A DNA stretch of 64,000 bases, from NCBI GenBank assembly GCA_946495655.1, contig CAMMDS010000001.1, positions 317-64,316 of the forward strand. The letters are read 5' to 3'. The DNA is from an uncultured Clostridium sp. (GTDB taxonomy: Bacteria > Bacillota > Clostridia > TANB77 > CAG-508). Numbering within the stretch: the stretch's first letter is position 1; every line of letters begins with the position of its first letter. The notes below the pieces were generated by a model, which saw only the letters and a list, made by a program, of their open reading frames with translations, made no database searches and was not told the origin of the DNA. Below are positions 11,561-23,003 of this stretch, one piece after another. The position numbers and the translations under genes were made by a program.

Positions 11561-11717
11561 ATTATTTCACACCTCCTAACGTATTCGAATCTATGTATCA
11601 ATAACACTATTATTGTTTATTATTTTATTGTTGCTATTATATATTAAAAGTTCTAAAATTTCAAGTTATACGTTGAAATCTTAGAACTTTTTTCAGTTGG
11701 TTACAAATTGTTACCAA

Positions 11718-12722
11718 CTAGTTATTATCTTTTAGCATTTTAATCATTTTATCGAAATCACTTTCTAATTGTTTCATTTCTCTATCTCTATATATTTCAA
11801 ATTCTTTTTCAGCCTTTTCCATTGCTTCTTGATGAGATATTTTTCCTTTACCTTCAAGAAGTTTTCTTTTATTTTGTATTATTTGATTATCTAATTCATT
11901 TATCCAATCATTCATTGTCATTTCTCTTTGTTCTAATGCTTGCAATTCTGCAAAATCCAAGAATTGCGAAACTAATAAGTTTAATCTTTGTAATTCAATT
12001 TCTGAAAGATAATTTTTAGCAATTTTTACATCATCAATTGTTACATAATCACCTTTAAAATTAGTCATTCCAACAAATGGCTTCTCATTGTCTACTCTCT
12101 CATATATCAGTTCCGCTGCAGTATGTTCATGAACTGCAAAATGAAGTTTGTTTTGAACTGTCGCAAAAAATTTTTTGGTTAAATCAGAACGTGGATCATA
12201 ATCTATTGATGTGGCATATATGTCTGTAACTTGCTGGTAGAAATTTCTTTCAGATGAACGAATATCTCTAATTCTTTGTAATAATTCTCTAAAATATCTG
12301 TTTCCACCTTGTTTTAATCTTTCGTCATCCATTGTGAATCCTTTTTGTATATATTCGTGAAGTCTTTGAGTTGCCCATACTCTGAATCTTGTTGCTACTT
12401 GTGATTGTACTCTATATCCTAATGCTATTATCATATCTAAATTATAATGGTCTATATTTCTTTTAACTTGTCTATTTCCTTCATTTTGAACTAATAAGAA
12501 TTTCTTATTAGTTGAATTATTTTCTAATTCTCCATCTTTATAAATATTTTTTATGTGCATTGAAATATTTTCTTGTGTTGTTTTATAAATTTCAGCAATT
12601 TGATTTTGAGTTAACCATATATCTTCATCTTTAAATTTTACTGAAACTTTTGTAACACCATCTTCATCTTGATAAATTATTATATTATTTTCGTTTTTTT
12701 GCATTTTAATTCTCCATTCCAT
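11718..12722 (-). CDS. RhuM-family protein
   Basis: 334 aa. The pattern IIIYQDEDGVTKVSVKF.DE.IWLTQNQIAE..., NLDMIIALGYRV.S..ATRFR.WAT..L.EY..KGF is typical of RhuM-like proteins. Confidence 0.6.
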   Translation of the reverse strand: MEWRIKMQKNENNIIIYQDEDGVTKVSVKFKDEDIWLTQNQIAEIYKTTQENISMHIKNIYKDGELENNSTNKKFLLVQNEGNRQVKRNIDHYNLDMIIALGYRVQSQVATRFRVWATQRLHEYIQKGFTMDDERLKQGGNRYFRELLQRIRDIRSSERNFYQQVTDIYATSIDYDPRSDLTKKFFATVQNKLHFAVHEHTAAELIYERVDNEKPFVGMTNFKGDYVTIDDVKIAKNYLSEIELQRLNLLVSQFLDFAELQALEQREMTMNDWINELDNQIIQNKRKLLEGKGKISHQEAMEKAEKEFEIYRDREMKQLESDFDKMIKMLKDNN

Positions 12723-12862
12723 ATATTTTCATATCTTATACTTATTTCTTTTATTCTGTTATTTTGATTAATTGCATTTCTTTTCTATGTTATTTAATTA
12801 CTGTTATATTTATATCATAAATTAAATATTTTATCAATATTTTCACGAAAATTTGTTCTGTA

Positions 12863-13027
12863 TTATTTGTATTCTTGTTTTATTCTATCGGATATTATAT
12901 CTGTAAATATTTCTTTATAATCATCTGCTACCTCTGTACTTTTATTATTAGGACTTATAAATATAGCAAATGGTAATTTATCTTTTTTATTCTTTTGTTT
13001 ATTTACTTTATTTTCTTCTTCATTCAA
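12863..13027 (-). CDS. possible small ORF (54 aa, TTG start)
   Basis: GAGGTGG lies 7 nt upstream of the TTG. The ORF is below the track cutoff and has no recognisable similarity. Confidence 0.25.
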   Translation of the reverse strand: MNEEENKVNKQKNKKDKLPFAIFISPNNKSTEVADDYKEIFTDIISDRIKQEYK

Positions 13028-13166
13028 TAGCACCACCTCTCTAAAAAAATATTCTCATCATAAATAATTATGATATTTTTTAAGGCATACTAAAAAGCAA
13101 GTCATTTATTCCTACGAATAAACACTTGCTTTTAGTTGATTTTTTGGAACAGTATTTTGAACACAA

Positions 13167-13508
13167 TTAGACTAAGTATTTTTTTGACATTTTAATTGAA
13201 TGCTGAAATTGTAAATGTTTTAAATACTCTAGCTCGTTCTTCTCTTTTTCCTTCAAAATTTCTGCTCTTAACTGTCTGTTTTTCTTTTTTCTCCCAAGAT
13301 AATTTTTATGTTTTATCTCACTTTTTATTTGTTTTTCCTTCTCATATTTAGGGTGTCCTCTTAACACTTTTGAAACATATTGTGGACTTACTCCTAATTT
13401 TCGTGCTATACATACACAGTTAAATTCTTTCTCAAAATACAATTCGCAAATTTTCTGCCTCTTGTTGCTTGGTTTGATTACCTCCTCTCTATAAATAGTA
13501 ATCAACAA
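13167..13508 (-). CDS. small HTH DNA-binding protein
   Basis: 113 aa with the HTH-like segment CIARKLGVSPQYVSKVL and a basic C-terminal half. Confidence 0.45.
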   Translation of the reverse strand: MLITIYREEVIKPSNKRQKICELYFEKEFNCVCIARKLGVSPQYVSKVLRGHPKYEKEKQIKSEIKHKNYLGRKKKNRQLRAEILKEKEKNELEYLKHLQFQHSIKMSKKYLV

Positions 13509-13700
13509 TCTTATTCCTTTGAAAATTTGACTTTTTTGTATTTCCTTACATTTTTATAGACTCATCAAGTCATTCTTTGTATACACTCTTGTTGACAAAC
13601 TTATTTTACTACATTTTTTATATAAAAACAATATATACAATAAAATTTTTAAAAATGCTTATTTTTAAGTAGTTTGAATAGCATAAAAATGTACATAAAT

Positions 13701-14141
13701 TTATTTTTTTATGAAAAAACTTTTTATTTTATTTAATATTTTCTTAAAAAAGTTTTCTTTATATTCTACTATTTGCATTGTTTCATTATTATTTGAAGAT
13801 TGATTTTCCTTTGGTTTATTTGCAAATACATCAGTATTATACATTTGCTGTTTTTTCAATTCATTTTTTTGTCTTGCTTCATTCTGCATTCTTATAATTT
13901 TAGCTTTCTGCTCTGGAGTTGCAAGATAATCTCTAAATAAATTAAATAGTATTGCTTTTGTTTCTGAAAGCATTGGCTGGTCTTTAAGTTCTAGTTCATC
14001 ATCTAGTTCATACTCATATTCTTCATTTCTATTTGCTTCTATTGTTTTAATAACTTCGGGAGAAATTTTATTGTATTCTTCTTCATTTAGTTCTTGTAAA
14101 ATTGTATACACTTCTGCATAAGCATTTTTACGATTGCTCAT
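13701..14141 (-). CDS. hypothetical protein, translationally coupled to the helicase
   Basis: 146 aa. The start overlaps the helicase stop by 14 nt. No motif recognised. Confidence 0.45.
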   Translation of the reverse strand: MSNRKNAYAEVYTILQELNEEEYNKISPEVIKTIEANRNEEYEYELDDELELKDQPMLSETKAILFNLFRDYLATPEQKAKIIRMQNEARQKNELKKQQMYNTDVFANKPKENQSSNNNETMQIVEYKENFFKKILNKIKSFFIKK

Positions 14142-17100
14142 CTAAATTCATTCCTCCTTCTTTTGTTTTTTCTACTAGTTCTTTTAATGCTGCATCTTCT
14201 CTGTCAGACATTTCTATATCTGTTAATGAACTAATTGATGCTTGTGCTATTTCTTTTGATGTTCTTCTTTTAGCTTCTAAGCTAATACCCATTTCTAATA
14301 ATTTATTCACTTGTTCTTCTGTTGGAATATTACCTTTTAGTCTGCCATTAAAAACTCCTACTATAGTTGTCTTTTTGCTTCCTATTTTTTTATCCAAATC
14401 TAAATTAGCTTTTATTATTTTTTCTTCACTTATTCCAGATTTTTCTGCTAAAGTTCTCACAGTATCTGTACTTGTTAATTTTGAAACATCTACTCCTATT
14501 TCTTGTAGTTTTTCTAGGTCTTCTATTAATTCTTGTGTTGAATTTCTTTCTACTTTTTCTAAATTTATACCTAGCTCTAATAATCTTTTAACTTGAGCCT
14601 CTGTTGGTGAATCTCCTTTTCTTCCTTGATCTCCTCGGTATAGTCTAGCTACTGTGGTTTTTGTACTTCCAATACTTTTTCGTGGATTTAATTTTAATCT
14701 TTTTATCCCATCCTCACTTATTCCTGATTTTTCTGCTAAAGTTTTGATAGTGTCTGTACTCGTTAACTTTGAAACATCTACTCCTATTTCCTGTAATTTT
14801 TCTAAGTCTTCTATCAATTTTTGAGTAATATTTTCATTCTTTTCCAAACTCACACCAAATTCTAATAATTTCTTCACTTGTTCTTCTGTCGGCTTAGCAT
14901 TAGCTCCTTTTCCCCTATAGGCACTTGCTATATTATTTTTAGTATTTCCTATCTTTTCATCTGGATTTAAACCACTTTCTTTTATTTTTTCTTGACTTAT
15001 TCCTGACTTTTCTGCCAAACTTCTTATTGTGTCATTCCATTGAATCGAAGATGTATCTATACCTATTCCTTGCATTTGCTCTAATTTCTCAATAAACTCC
15101 TGCGTAGCATTTCTTTCTACTCTTTCTAAATTCACTCCCAGTTGTGCTAATTTTTTTACCTGTTCTTCTGTTAGTATCTTTCCTTTTACTTGACCTCTAT
15201 GAATTCTAGCAATTGTCGATTTCTTATTTCCTATTTTCTCATCTGGATTTAATTTGATTTTCTGTATTTCTTCTATAGGTATTCTTGATCTATTTGCTAA
15301 ATCTATTATCCTATCTGTAAATTGAAGTTGTGAAACATCCACTCCTATTCCTTGTAGTTTTTCTAATTCTTCTATAAATTCTTGGGTGGCATTTTCTTTT
15401 TTTTCTAAGCTTATACCTAGCTCCAATAATTTCTGAACTTGTTCTTCTGTTGGTGGAATTCCTGTCGCCTTTCCTCTATACCTTTGTGCTATATGTGATT
15501 TATTTGCTCCTATTCTCTCATTTGGGTTCAATCCATTTGCTTTTAATTTTTCTTCACTTATTCCTGATTTTTTTGCTAATGTTTTTATTGTATCTTTAAC
15601 TCCTAGTTTTGAAACATTTACTCCAATTATTTGTAATTTTTCTAAAGTTTCTATAAATTCTTGTGTCACATTTCTAATTTCTAAATTAATTCCTAGTTCT
15701 AATAACTTTCTTTTTTGTTCTTCTGTTGGTTTAGCATAATCTCCCTTTCCCCTATATGAACTTGCTATGTTGTTTTTAGTATTTCCAATCTTTTCATCTG
15801 GATTTAAACTTATTTCTTGTATTTTTTCTTCACTTATATTTGATTTTTTTGCTAATGTTCTTATTGTATCTGTAGTTATTAGTTTTGAAACATTTACTCC
15901 TATCTCTTGCAATTTTTCTAAAGTTTCTATAAATTTCTGAACTGATGACTTACTATTACTTTTATCAACTTCATCTTCTAACTCCACAAAATTTTTCAAC
16001 AGGCCAGTAAGTTCAAAAGGTCCAGCATTTTTATCTGTAAAACCTCTTCCTCGACTTTCTCCATCTTTTGCAATTCTATCTTGTAAATCTATTTGCCATA
16101 AGTCGACTTGGCTACCTAGTCTAATTATCTCTTGCACTTCTTCAATTTGTTTTTCATTTAACCCTTCAAATTCATTTTTTAAATATTCTTTGTATTTATT
16201 CTGTATTTCTTTTAATACAGTAGCATATCCTGTTTCTTCCTTATTGCTACTATTTATATCTGGTAATGTTCCATTATGTCTTTCTGACCAGTCTAGTATA
16301 AGGTTCAGCATTTGTATATCATCTTGCTCTGTTATTTCGTTTTCCCAATTTACTTTTAATGTGTTATTTACTAAATCTATTACTACTGGTCTATCTTCAT
16401 CTTTAGTTGGATTATCTGGATCTTCCGAATAAATTACTCTTCCTAATTGTTGCAAATATAATATTCTTGAGTTTTCATCCATCGGTCTTAGCCATATCAT
16501 TCCATCTAGTTTATCTAAGTGCAATCCTTCATTTGCTTTATTCATTACTAGCATAAATTCTGTTTCTTCTGAATTGCTGTTTTGGAATTTTTCTAATCGT
16601 CTGCTATTTTCTTTGTCTCCATATTCTCCAAGCATTGAGTGAAAATTAGGTATTATATCAGAGCCTCTAAAGTATTCCGCAATTTGTTTTTCATAATCTG
16701 CTATTTTTTCTTTTCCTTTTTTTCTTCCAATTACATTGCCATCTTCATCTTCCAAATCTTCTACAACTGGTAAAAATACTATATATTTTCTACCTTTTTT
16801 CACATTTGCTTGTAATATTTCTGGGATTCCTTCTGCATTTTCTACATTTCTTCTTAAAGACTCATATTCTTTCAATTTTTCATTTCTATCTTGCACATCT
16901 TCTATTTGGTCTATTTTACCTTTTAACTTATCTAAACTTCCATCTGTTTTTAAACTATATGCACAACTAACAAGCTTAGGATTTACAACTAATCCCATTC
17001 TTATTGCATTTGTCAAACTCATATTCATTGCTATATGTTTTCCACTTACTGCTTCTCTATTTGTGTATCCTAACCTTTGAGCCACTTCATTTGCCATATT

Positions 17101-19390
17101 TATTCCATCTGCATCTCTTCTTGGAGTCGCTGTTATTCCTAATACTTTTGTACTTTCTGGCTGATTATCTAGCAATGTGTTTAATCTATCTCCCCATTCT
17201 TTTGCACCTGTTCTATGTAGCTCATCTAATACAACAAAATCATATTGTTTGTTTATAGTTTCTTTTCCATCTCGTGCAAGTAGACTTGGATATGTTGCAA
17301 ATTTTAGTTTTGGAAATACATCTGCTATTATTTCATCTTTGCTTCTTCCGAATAGTGTTTACTGGTCCATGAATATATTTTATAATATAGTCCTTCATTT
17401 GCTCTAGTATCTCATTTTGAGGTGCTAGGTAAAGCATTTCTTCGTTTTGGTGTTCCATTAGCTGTGATAATGCAACAAAACTTTTTCCTCCTCCCGTTGG
17501 TAATATTACTGATGCAAATCTATTCTCTTGCAATATTTCATCTGCTCTGTCTGTTGCTCTTTGTTGATATGGCCTTAACTGTATTCCAGTACCTTGTACA
17601 TCATAATATCCTAAAAATCTTTCTATTCTTTCAATTGAGAGATCTTGCTTTAAAACTGATGTATTACTTCCTTTATTTAAATTTTCTCTATTTTCTGCTA
17701 TCATTCTGTCATATTGTTCTAATCGTTTTGCTTTTATAGTTTCTGATGTGTCATTTTCAGTAATTTCAAAATCATTTCTTCTTGTTACCATGTTTAATAG
17801 GACAGCTGGAATATCCAGTCTATCTATACCTTGTTCTTCTAACCTCTGATATAACTCCACACAATATTCATTCTGTATTCTTTGTATTAAATTATTTTTT
17901 TCAGCTACCGTAAATTCTCCTATACCAATTTTCTGCCAATCATATAATGAAAATATTGCCTCTGCATAATATTCTTCTTTATCTATTTTTTCATCTCTTT
18001 GTGTTTTTGAAAAAGTGCTACTCATTATATCTCTTACATTTAATAGTCCACCATTTTCCATTATCTCTATCTGTTCTTCTTCAGATAGTTCTTTTATTTT
18101 ATCTATTAACTCCGTAGATTCGCCATTTAAATCTAAGGAAATTGACTCACTAAGTTTAACTCCTCTATTACTTTGTCTTGTTATTATTGCTGGTTCTACT
18201 TCAAAACCATTACTCTCTATATTTTGAACAATATCTCTATATTTTGGATTATCTCCTATTATTTGATTTAATAATTTCGCTAATTCTCTTGCATTTGATT
18301 GTGACTTAGCTAAATAAAACATATTTTTAACAATAGAATTTGCTTGCCCATATTCTACTTTTCCATCTGTTAACTCATACATTTCTTCAATTGATATATT
18401 ATCTCTTACACCATACTCTTTTAATAGCGAACTATTCTCTGGTATTTCAATGCTTCTACCTTCATTTGCAAATCGAATTACTTCTCGCTTTAAATCTCTA
18501 ACCAATTCTTGGTCTTGTCCTTCAATTTGTTGTAATAATGCAAAAATGTCCACAATTTCTCTTGGTACATCTATTATTTCGTCTTTTTCAATATCTCCAT
18601 AATGGATTAGTTCTAGTGATGAAAACGCATTTCCTATTGTTTGCACTAACAAATTGTTATTTGCTGTGTGAGGTATTAAAGGCTCCATTCCACCTACTCT
18701 TTCAAGCAAAGTTAACTTAGCAATTATCTTGTTTTTTTCTAATGATTGTTCTTCATTTAGTGCTTGATAACTACTAATTCTTGCAACTGGAGACCTATAT
18801 GTAATACCTTTTCTTGGTTTTGCATTACTTGGGTCTAATGGCTCTCTTGTGGTGTATCTCGTTTCTATTGCTTTTCTTATTTCTTCTGCAGTTTTGCTAT
18901 TATCTATTTCTGAAATAGTTTCTAAAAGTCTACTGTCATCTGGAATAGAAGAAATATATTCCTCTACTTTTTTTGCTATTTCTTCTAGCATATATTGCCC
19001 AGCACCAACAACTTTCTCTCCTAATTCGCTTTTTGGAACTTTTACCATCACATATCTATCTTTGTAAAATCCTCTTCCATAGGAAATAGACACGTTTCCA
19101 TTGCTTGAAAGTGAAATACAGTTTGTATCTTTTCTATAATGCATCTTTATATGGTCATAAACTTGTTCTAAACTTATTTCAGCATCTTTGCTATATTTAG
19201 GTAGCTCATTTTCAGCATTTTCTTCATATCTTTCTCTGTCTGTTCTTATTTTTTCAATATTACCTGCATTATCTAATGTTACTCCTGCTTCTAAATCTTG
19301 ATTATCTGCCATATTTAAAGCACGAAAAAAGTAATAGTTCTCTTCATCTTCTATTATATTAAATCTATCTATATCAAATAAACTTTCCAT
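14128..19390 (-). CDS. giant SF2 (DEAD/DEAH-type) helicase with unknown ~600-aa N-terminal region and six C-terminal ~88-aa repeats; needs a +1 shift at CGG 17348-17350
   Basis: Motif I LPTGGGKS is in ORF 17333..19390. DELH (motif II) and TATP (motif III) lie in the frame of ORF 14128..17175, which stays open up to 17349. The two frames are joined by skipping the C of an in-frame CGG. It could alternatively be a frameshift pseudogene. Confidence 0.7.
14270..15945 (-). repeat. six tandem ~265-nt coding repeats (TQEFIE.LEKLQ.IGV.VS.L...LNP.EKIG..K..IA..YRG......TEEQ..KLLELGI.LE)
   Basis: Six successive copies are visible in the translated ORF. Copies 5 and 6 are also near-identical at the DNA level. 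They are loosely reminiscent of helicase-associated (HA) repeats. Confidence 0.8.
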
Positions 19391-19554
19391 ATAAAATATT
19401 TTCCTTTGTAATAACTTTATCTATAAGATATTTTATCATACCCTGTCAAAATATAAAAGATTTTCTATTTATTTTTTAATTTAAAAATATAATTTATCCA
19501 TAACCATAATCAATTTTATACTGTAAATCACTATCAGAATAGTATTCTGTAAAA

Positions 19555-20520
19555 TTATATGATCTCATCTTCTTCACCTCCAATTATTCCTCTATATTCT
19601 TTTAATAACTCATTTATCTTTTTTCTTGTTAGACTTTTATAATGACATTCTGGCAAATATTTAGTAATAGTTGTTTCATATTCTTCTAGTCCGAAAATAT
19701 AAATATTTTTATAATTTTCATTTTCTTCAAAATAGTAATGTAATCTTGATAACTTTTCCATATTAATTAATGGCATTATTACAATATAATTATTATCGTC
19801 TAACTTTAAATCAGCAAATTTAAAATCAGTAATTTCTGCCTTATATAAATCTTTTAACCTAATATAAATACTTGTTCTTATTTCATAATTATTTCTTATC
19901 AAAAATTTTCCGTATTCATTGTATGGTATTAAAATTGTATAATTATTGCCAAAATAAAATCCTTTCTTATTCATAACTATTTTCTCAATATTATTTGTAA
20001 ATATCATTGCGTTTTTATATTCGTATTCTTTTCTAATATCATAATAAATTGACTTTATATATTTATCATCTTTTCCATCATAAATTGCATATACCAAAAA
20101 CTCATCTTGTTCGTTGTAATCTAATTTTCCTATATATCTCCTTGAATGTGTTGTCGGTTCATCTTCCTTTTTCATATTCCAACTTGGTATAAAATTCAAG
20201 TTATCTTGTATTAGAGAACTTGCTATGTCACTTATAACTTTTAATCTTTCTATGTTATTTTCATTTCTACAATGATTCCTTACTTCAAGTCCGTTATCCA
20301 GTAAACATTCTTTTCCTTTAATTCCTAAAGTTATATATCTATGTTTTAACCTTCTAATATAATTGTGTTTTACCAAATTCACAATTCTTTTTTCTTGATA
20401 TGTCTTTGTTTCATAAATATATCTTGTATTATCTAATGATATTATTTTATATTTTCCTAAAAAAATTAATAATTCTATATCTCTATTTTGTAATCTTATT
20501 TCTTCTTTCATTTCAATCAC
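19555..20520 (-). CDS. hypothetical protein (possible N-terminal winged-helix)
   Basis: 321 aa with no firm motif. The N-terminal region is wHTH-like by eye only. Confidence 0.4.
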   Translation of the reverse strand: MIEMKEEIRLQNRDIELLIFLGKYKIISLDNTRYIYETKTYQEKRIVNLVKHNYIRRLKHRYITLGIKGKECLLDNGLEVRNHCRNENNIERLKVISDIASSLIQDNLNFIPSWNMKKEDEPTTHSRRYIGKLDYNEQDEFLVYAIYDGKDDKYIKSIYYDIRKEYEYKNAMIFTNNIEKIVMNKKGFYFGNNYTILIPYNEYGKFLIRNNYEIRTSIYIRLKDLYKAEITDFKFADLKLDDNNYIVIMPLINMEKLSRLHYYFEENENYKNIYIFGLEEYETTITKYLPECHYKSLTRKKINELLKEYRGIIGGEEDEII

Positions 20521-20736
20521 CTCTTCCTAAAATTTTCCTTAATCATTCCCCCTAACACTTCATTAAATCATACTTTTGTAGAGGCAACATATTGTATATG
20601 TTACCTCTACTCTAGACAATTATTTTTATTAAACTATTTTGCTAATGCTTATTATTTGTGTACTTTTAGATATGAAATGCATGGCAAAATTTTTCTTTAT
20701 TTTTTCTGTAAAATCTTGCCATATTTGTATATATTA

Positions 20737-21345
20737 TTATCTTATTCTTTTGTTAATTATCCTAGTTATTTCTTCTGCTGATAATACATATACTTCCGTA
20801 TGTGGTTTATCTGAATGATATCCTTGTACCATATAACAAATACAATAAATATTATCATCTTTTATTACCTTTCCATCTATTAATCCATCATGAATTGGTT
20901 TTACATTTCTGTTATCTGTATCCCATATTTTCGTATTATCATATATTTTAATAATTACCATTACGAATTTATCATAAAACATTCCTTCATATTGGTTTGT
21001 AACTTTTGAAACATTATATGTAATTTGTTTTTGAATATAGTTTACTCCCCTTTTTATGGATGGTATCTTTTCTGGAATATATATTTTTAAAATATCATCT
21101 TCTACTTTTGCTTTATAAGCATAATCTATAATCGCTGTTTCCTTGTCATCCATAAATTCTAACCACATATTTCTTTGTCTTACTGCATCATACATGTCCA
21201 TTCTTGTTTTCTCTAATTTATAAAAATATTTTTCTAGTTCTTCATCTTTTATTTCTTCTTTCGTTTTTAATAATTTTTCACTTATATCCTTAATTTTTTC
21301 TATTGATTCTATAATTTCTTCTTTTTTCATAAATATCACTCTCAC
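20737..21345 (-). CDS. RusA-like endonuclease domain protein with N-terminal coiled coil
   Basis: 202 aa. The C-terminal half has WDTDNRNVKPIHDGL....IKDDN, resembling the RusA D.DN..K...D.L....DD signature. Confidence 0.4.
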   Translation of the reverse strand: MRVIFMKKEEIIESIEKIKDISEKLLKTKEEIKDEELEKYFYKLEKTRMDMYDAVRQRNMWLEFMDDKETAIIDYAYKAKVEDDILKIYIPEKIPSIKRGVNYIQKQITYNVSKVTNQYEGMFYDKFVMVIIKIYDNTKIWDTDNRNVKPIHDGLIDGKVIKDDNIYCICYMVQGYHSDKPHTEVYVLSAEEITRIINKRIR

Positions 21346-21400
21346 TTTCTGTAACTCTTAGGTATAAAAATAGAAGGTATAGCTATTTCTATTCCTTCTT

Positions 21401-21934
21401 TTATTTGTTTTTTACAATTACTTCTATTAACCTTTTAAAGGCTAACAAGGATAATAATGTCCTTATTACAGACAAGCATATGAAAAAAATATATACAATT
21501 ATAAATAATATCTTTAATTCTATTCTTACCTTATCGATAAAATATATTACAAATGATAAAAACAATATAATTCCTAAACTAAATAAATCTTTAATAAATA
21601 GTATATAGATATCATTGAATTTATTATTACTTAATAAAAAACCTAATGAACTTTTTGAATTATTTTTTTCTTCTATATATTTATCCTCTGTTTTAAAAAC
21701 TATAAATATTGATAAACATGTCAATATAAATCCAAATAAAGTTCCAAATACTGAAATAATATTATCTATAATTGATATGTTAGTATCATAAAAAATCATA
21801 ATTTTTTCTTCTAATATATATATTACAGAAATTGTTGATAAAAGTGCAACTATCCAATCAAATTTATTGATAACATCCACTATTTTTTTGCCTTTTAATC
21901 TCATATTAAACCCCATATTACTTATATTTTTCAT
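21401..21934 (-). CDS. small integral membrane protein (about 4 TM helices)
   Basis: 177 aa with four long hydrophobic segments. The start overlaps the upstream gene by 17 nt. Confidence 0.55.
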   Translation of the reverse strand: MKNISNMGFNMRLKGKKIVDVINKFDWIVALLSTISVIYILEEKIMIFYDTNISIIDNIISVFGTLFGFILTCLSIFIVFKTEDKYIEEKNNSKSSLGFLLSNNKFNDIYILFIKDLFSLGIILFLSFVIYFIDKVRIELKILFIIVYIFFICLSVIRTLLSLLAFKRLIEVIVKNK

Positions 21935-22871
21935 AATTTAATTTGATCTTTTCAAACATATCATTTGAATCTATCATATTGTTAATATCAACTTTTATTG
22001 AAACTTTAGGTGCTTTGATAACTTGCCTAATTAAATCAAAATCAAATTTTTCTTCTTCTTCTGATAATGACTTTATTTTTATTCTTTCACCTTTTTTCTT
22101 TTTATTTTCTTCTATTTTTCTATTTAATCCTAATATTTTTAAGCTTTCTTTTAATTTTTCTGTTACTTTAAATCCATATTTTGATTTTATTCTTATAGAT
22201 ATAGTCAATTCATCATCTGAATAACTATCTCTCGCTATTTCTTGTGCTGCTTCAAGAGCTTGAAATAGCTCTCCATTTCTTGCTTCATCCTTTACGATGC
22301 TTCTAGTATCCAATTTTATATCTAATTCTTTCACCTTAAATGTCTTTTCTAGTTTTTCTAAAGCTTTTGAATTTATTAATTCAATAAGATTCATCTCATA
22401 TTTTCCATAATATTTAGTATTTATATAATTAGCAACACTTGTAGGTCTTGCCCCAACATTATTATATTCAATACCAATAACATTTTCATTCAAAAAGAAA
22501 ACAAAATGAGTTATATGTGCTAAATTACTATTTGGAGGTAATTTGTCTTTTAATGGCAGTATATTCCCATATTGTTCAATTGACGGATAAACATCATTTG
22601 ATGAACTAATCAGCTTTCCATAAATATAATCCTTACCACTAAAATCAGCTACTATATAATTATATGTATTTGAATCTTTTTGTATATATACATTAGCTTC
22701 TTCATTTTTATTTAAAGATAATCCTTTTATCTCATCAAAAATTTTTATTAATTCTTTTGAAATATTATCTACATTTTTAAAGCCATTGTACTCCTTATCA
22801 AATTTTTTCAAGTCTGGTCTATAATAATAAATTTCTTTATTCTTTGTTTTCTGTTTAATCTTCTTTGCCAT
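21918..22871 (-). CDS. hypothetical soluble protein, first gene of a two-gene cassette
   Basis: 317 aa with no recognisable motif. It is translationally coupled to the 4-TM gene. Confidence 0.5.
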   Translation of the reverse strand: MAKKIKQKTKNKEIYYYRPDLKKFDKEYNGFKNVDNISKELIKIFDEIKGLSLNKNEEANVYIQKDSNTYNYIVADFSGKDYIYGKLISSSNDVYPSIEQYGNILPLKDKLPPNSNLAHITHFVFFLNENVIGIEYNNVGARPTSVANYINTKYYGKYEMNLIELINSKALEKLEKTFKVKELDIKLDTRSIVKDEARNGELFQALEAAQEIARDSYSDDELTISIRIKSKYGFKVTEKLKESLKILGLNRKIEENKKKKGERIKIKSLSEEEEKFDFDLIRQVIKAPKVSIKVDINNMIDSNDMFEKIKLNYEKYK

Positions 22872-23003
22872 ATATATCCCCCATAATATAATTTATGTGA
22901 TTATATCATTTCTATCAAAAATTGTCAAAAAATGACATTTAGATTGTATTACCAAATTTCCTAGTCCACTCATTTATCTTAAACTTGTCCAATGTATCAA
23001 TCA

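Noticed and set aside
11561-11650. A sigma-E/sigma-K-type mother-cell promoter upstream of the serine recombinase gene (CATAgatT-like -10).
   Set aside because: Such AT-rich matches occur by chance throughout this sequence. I could not find a convincing -35/-10 pair, so no promoter is claimed.
18900-19390. An ADP-ribosyltransferase-like R-S-E pattern (FFRAL ... ISLSSN ... EE) in the helicase N-terminus.
   Set aside because: The spacing and context are not convincing, and such short motifs arise easily by chance. I left the region unassigned.
21401-22871. Assignment of the two-gene cassette to Kiwa (KwaA/KwaB).
   Set aside because: Only the sizes are similar. The gene order is reversed and I recognise no shared motif. 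I kept it as an unclassified candidate.
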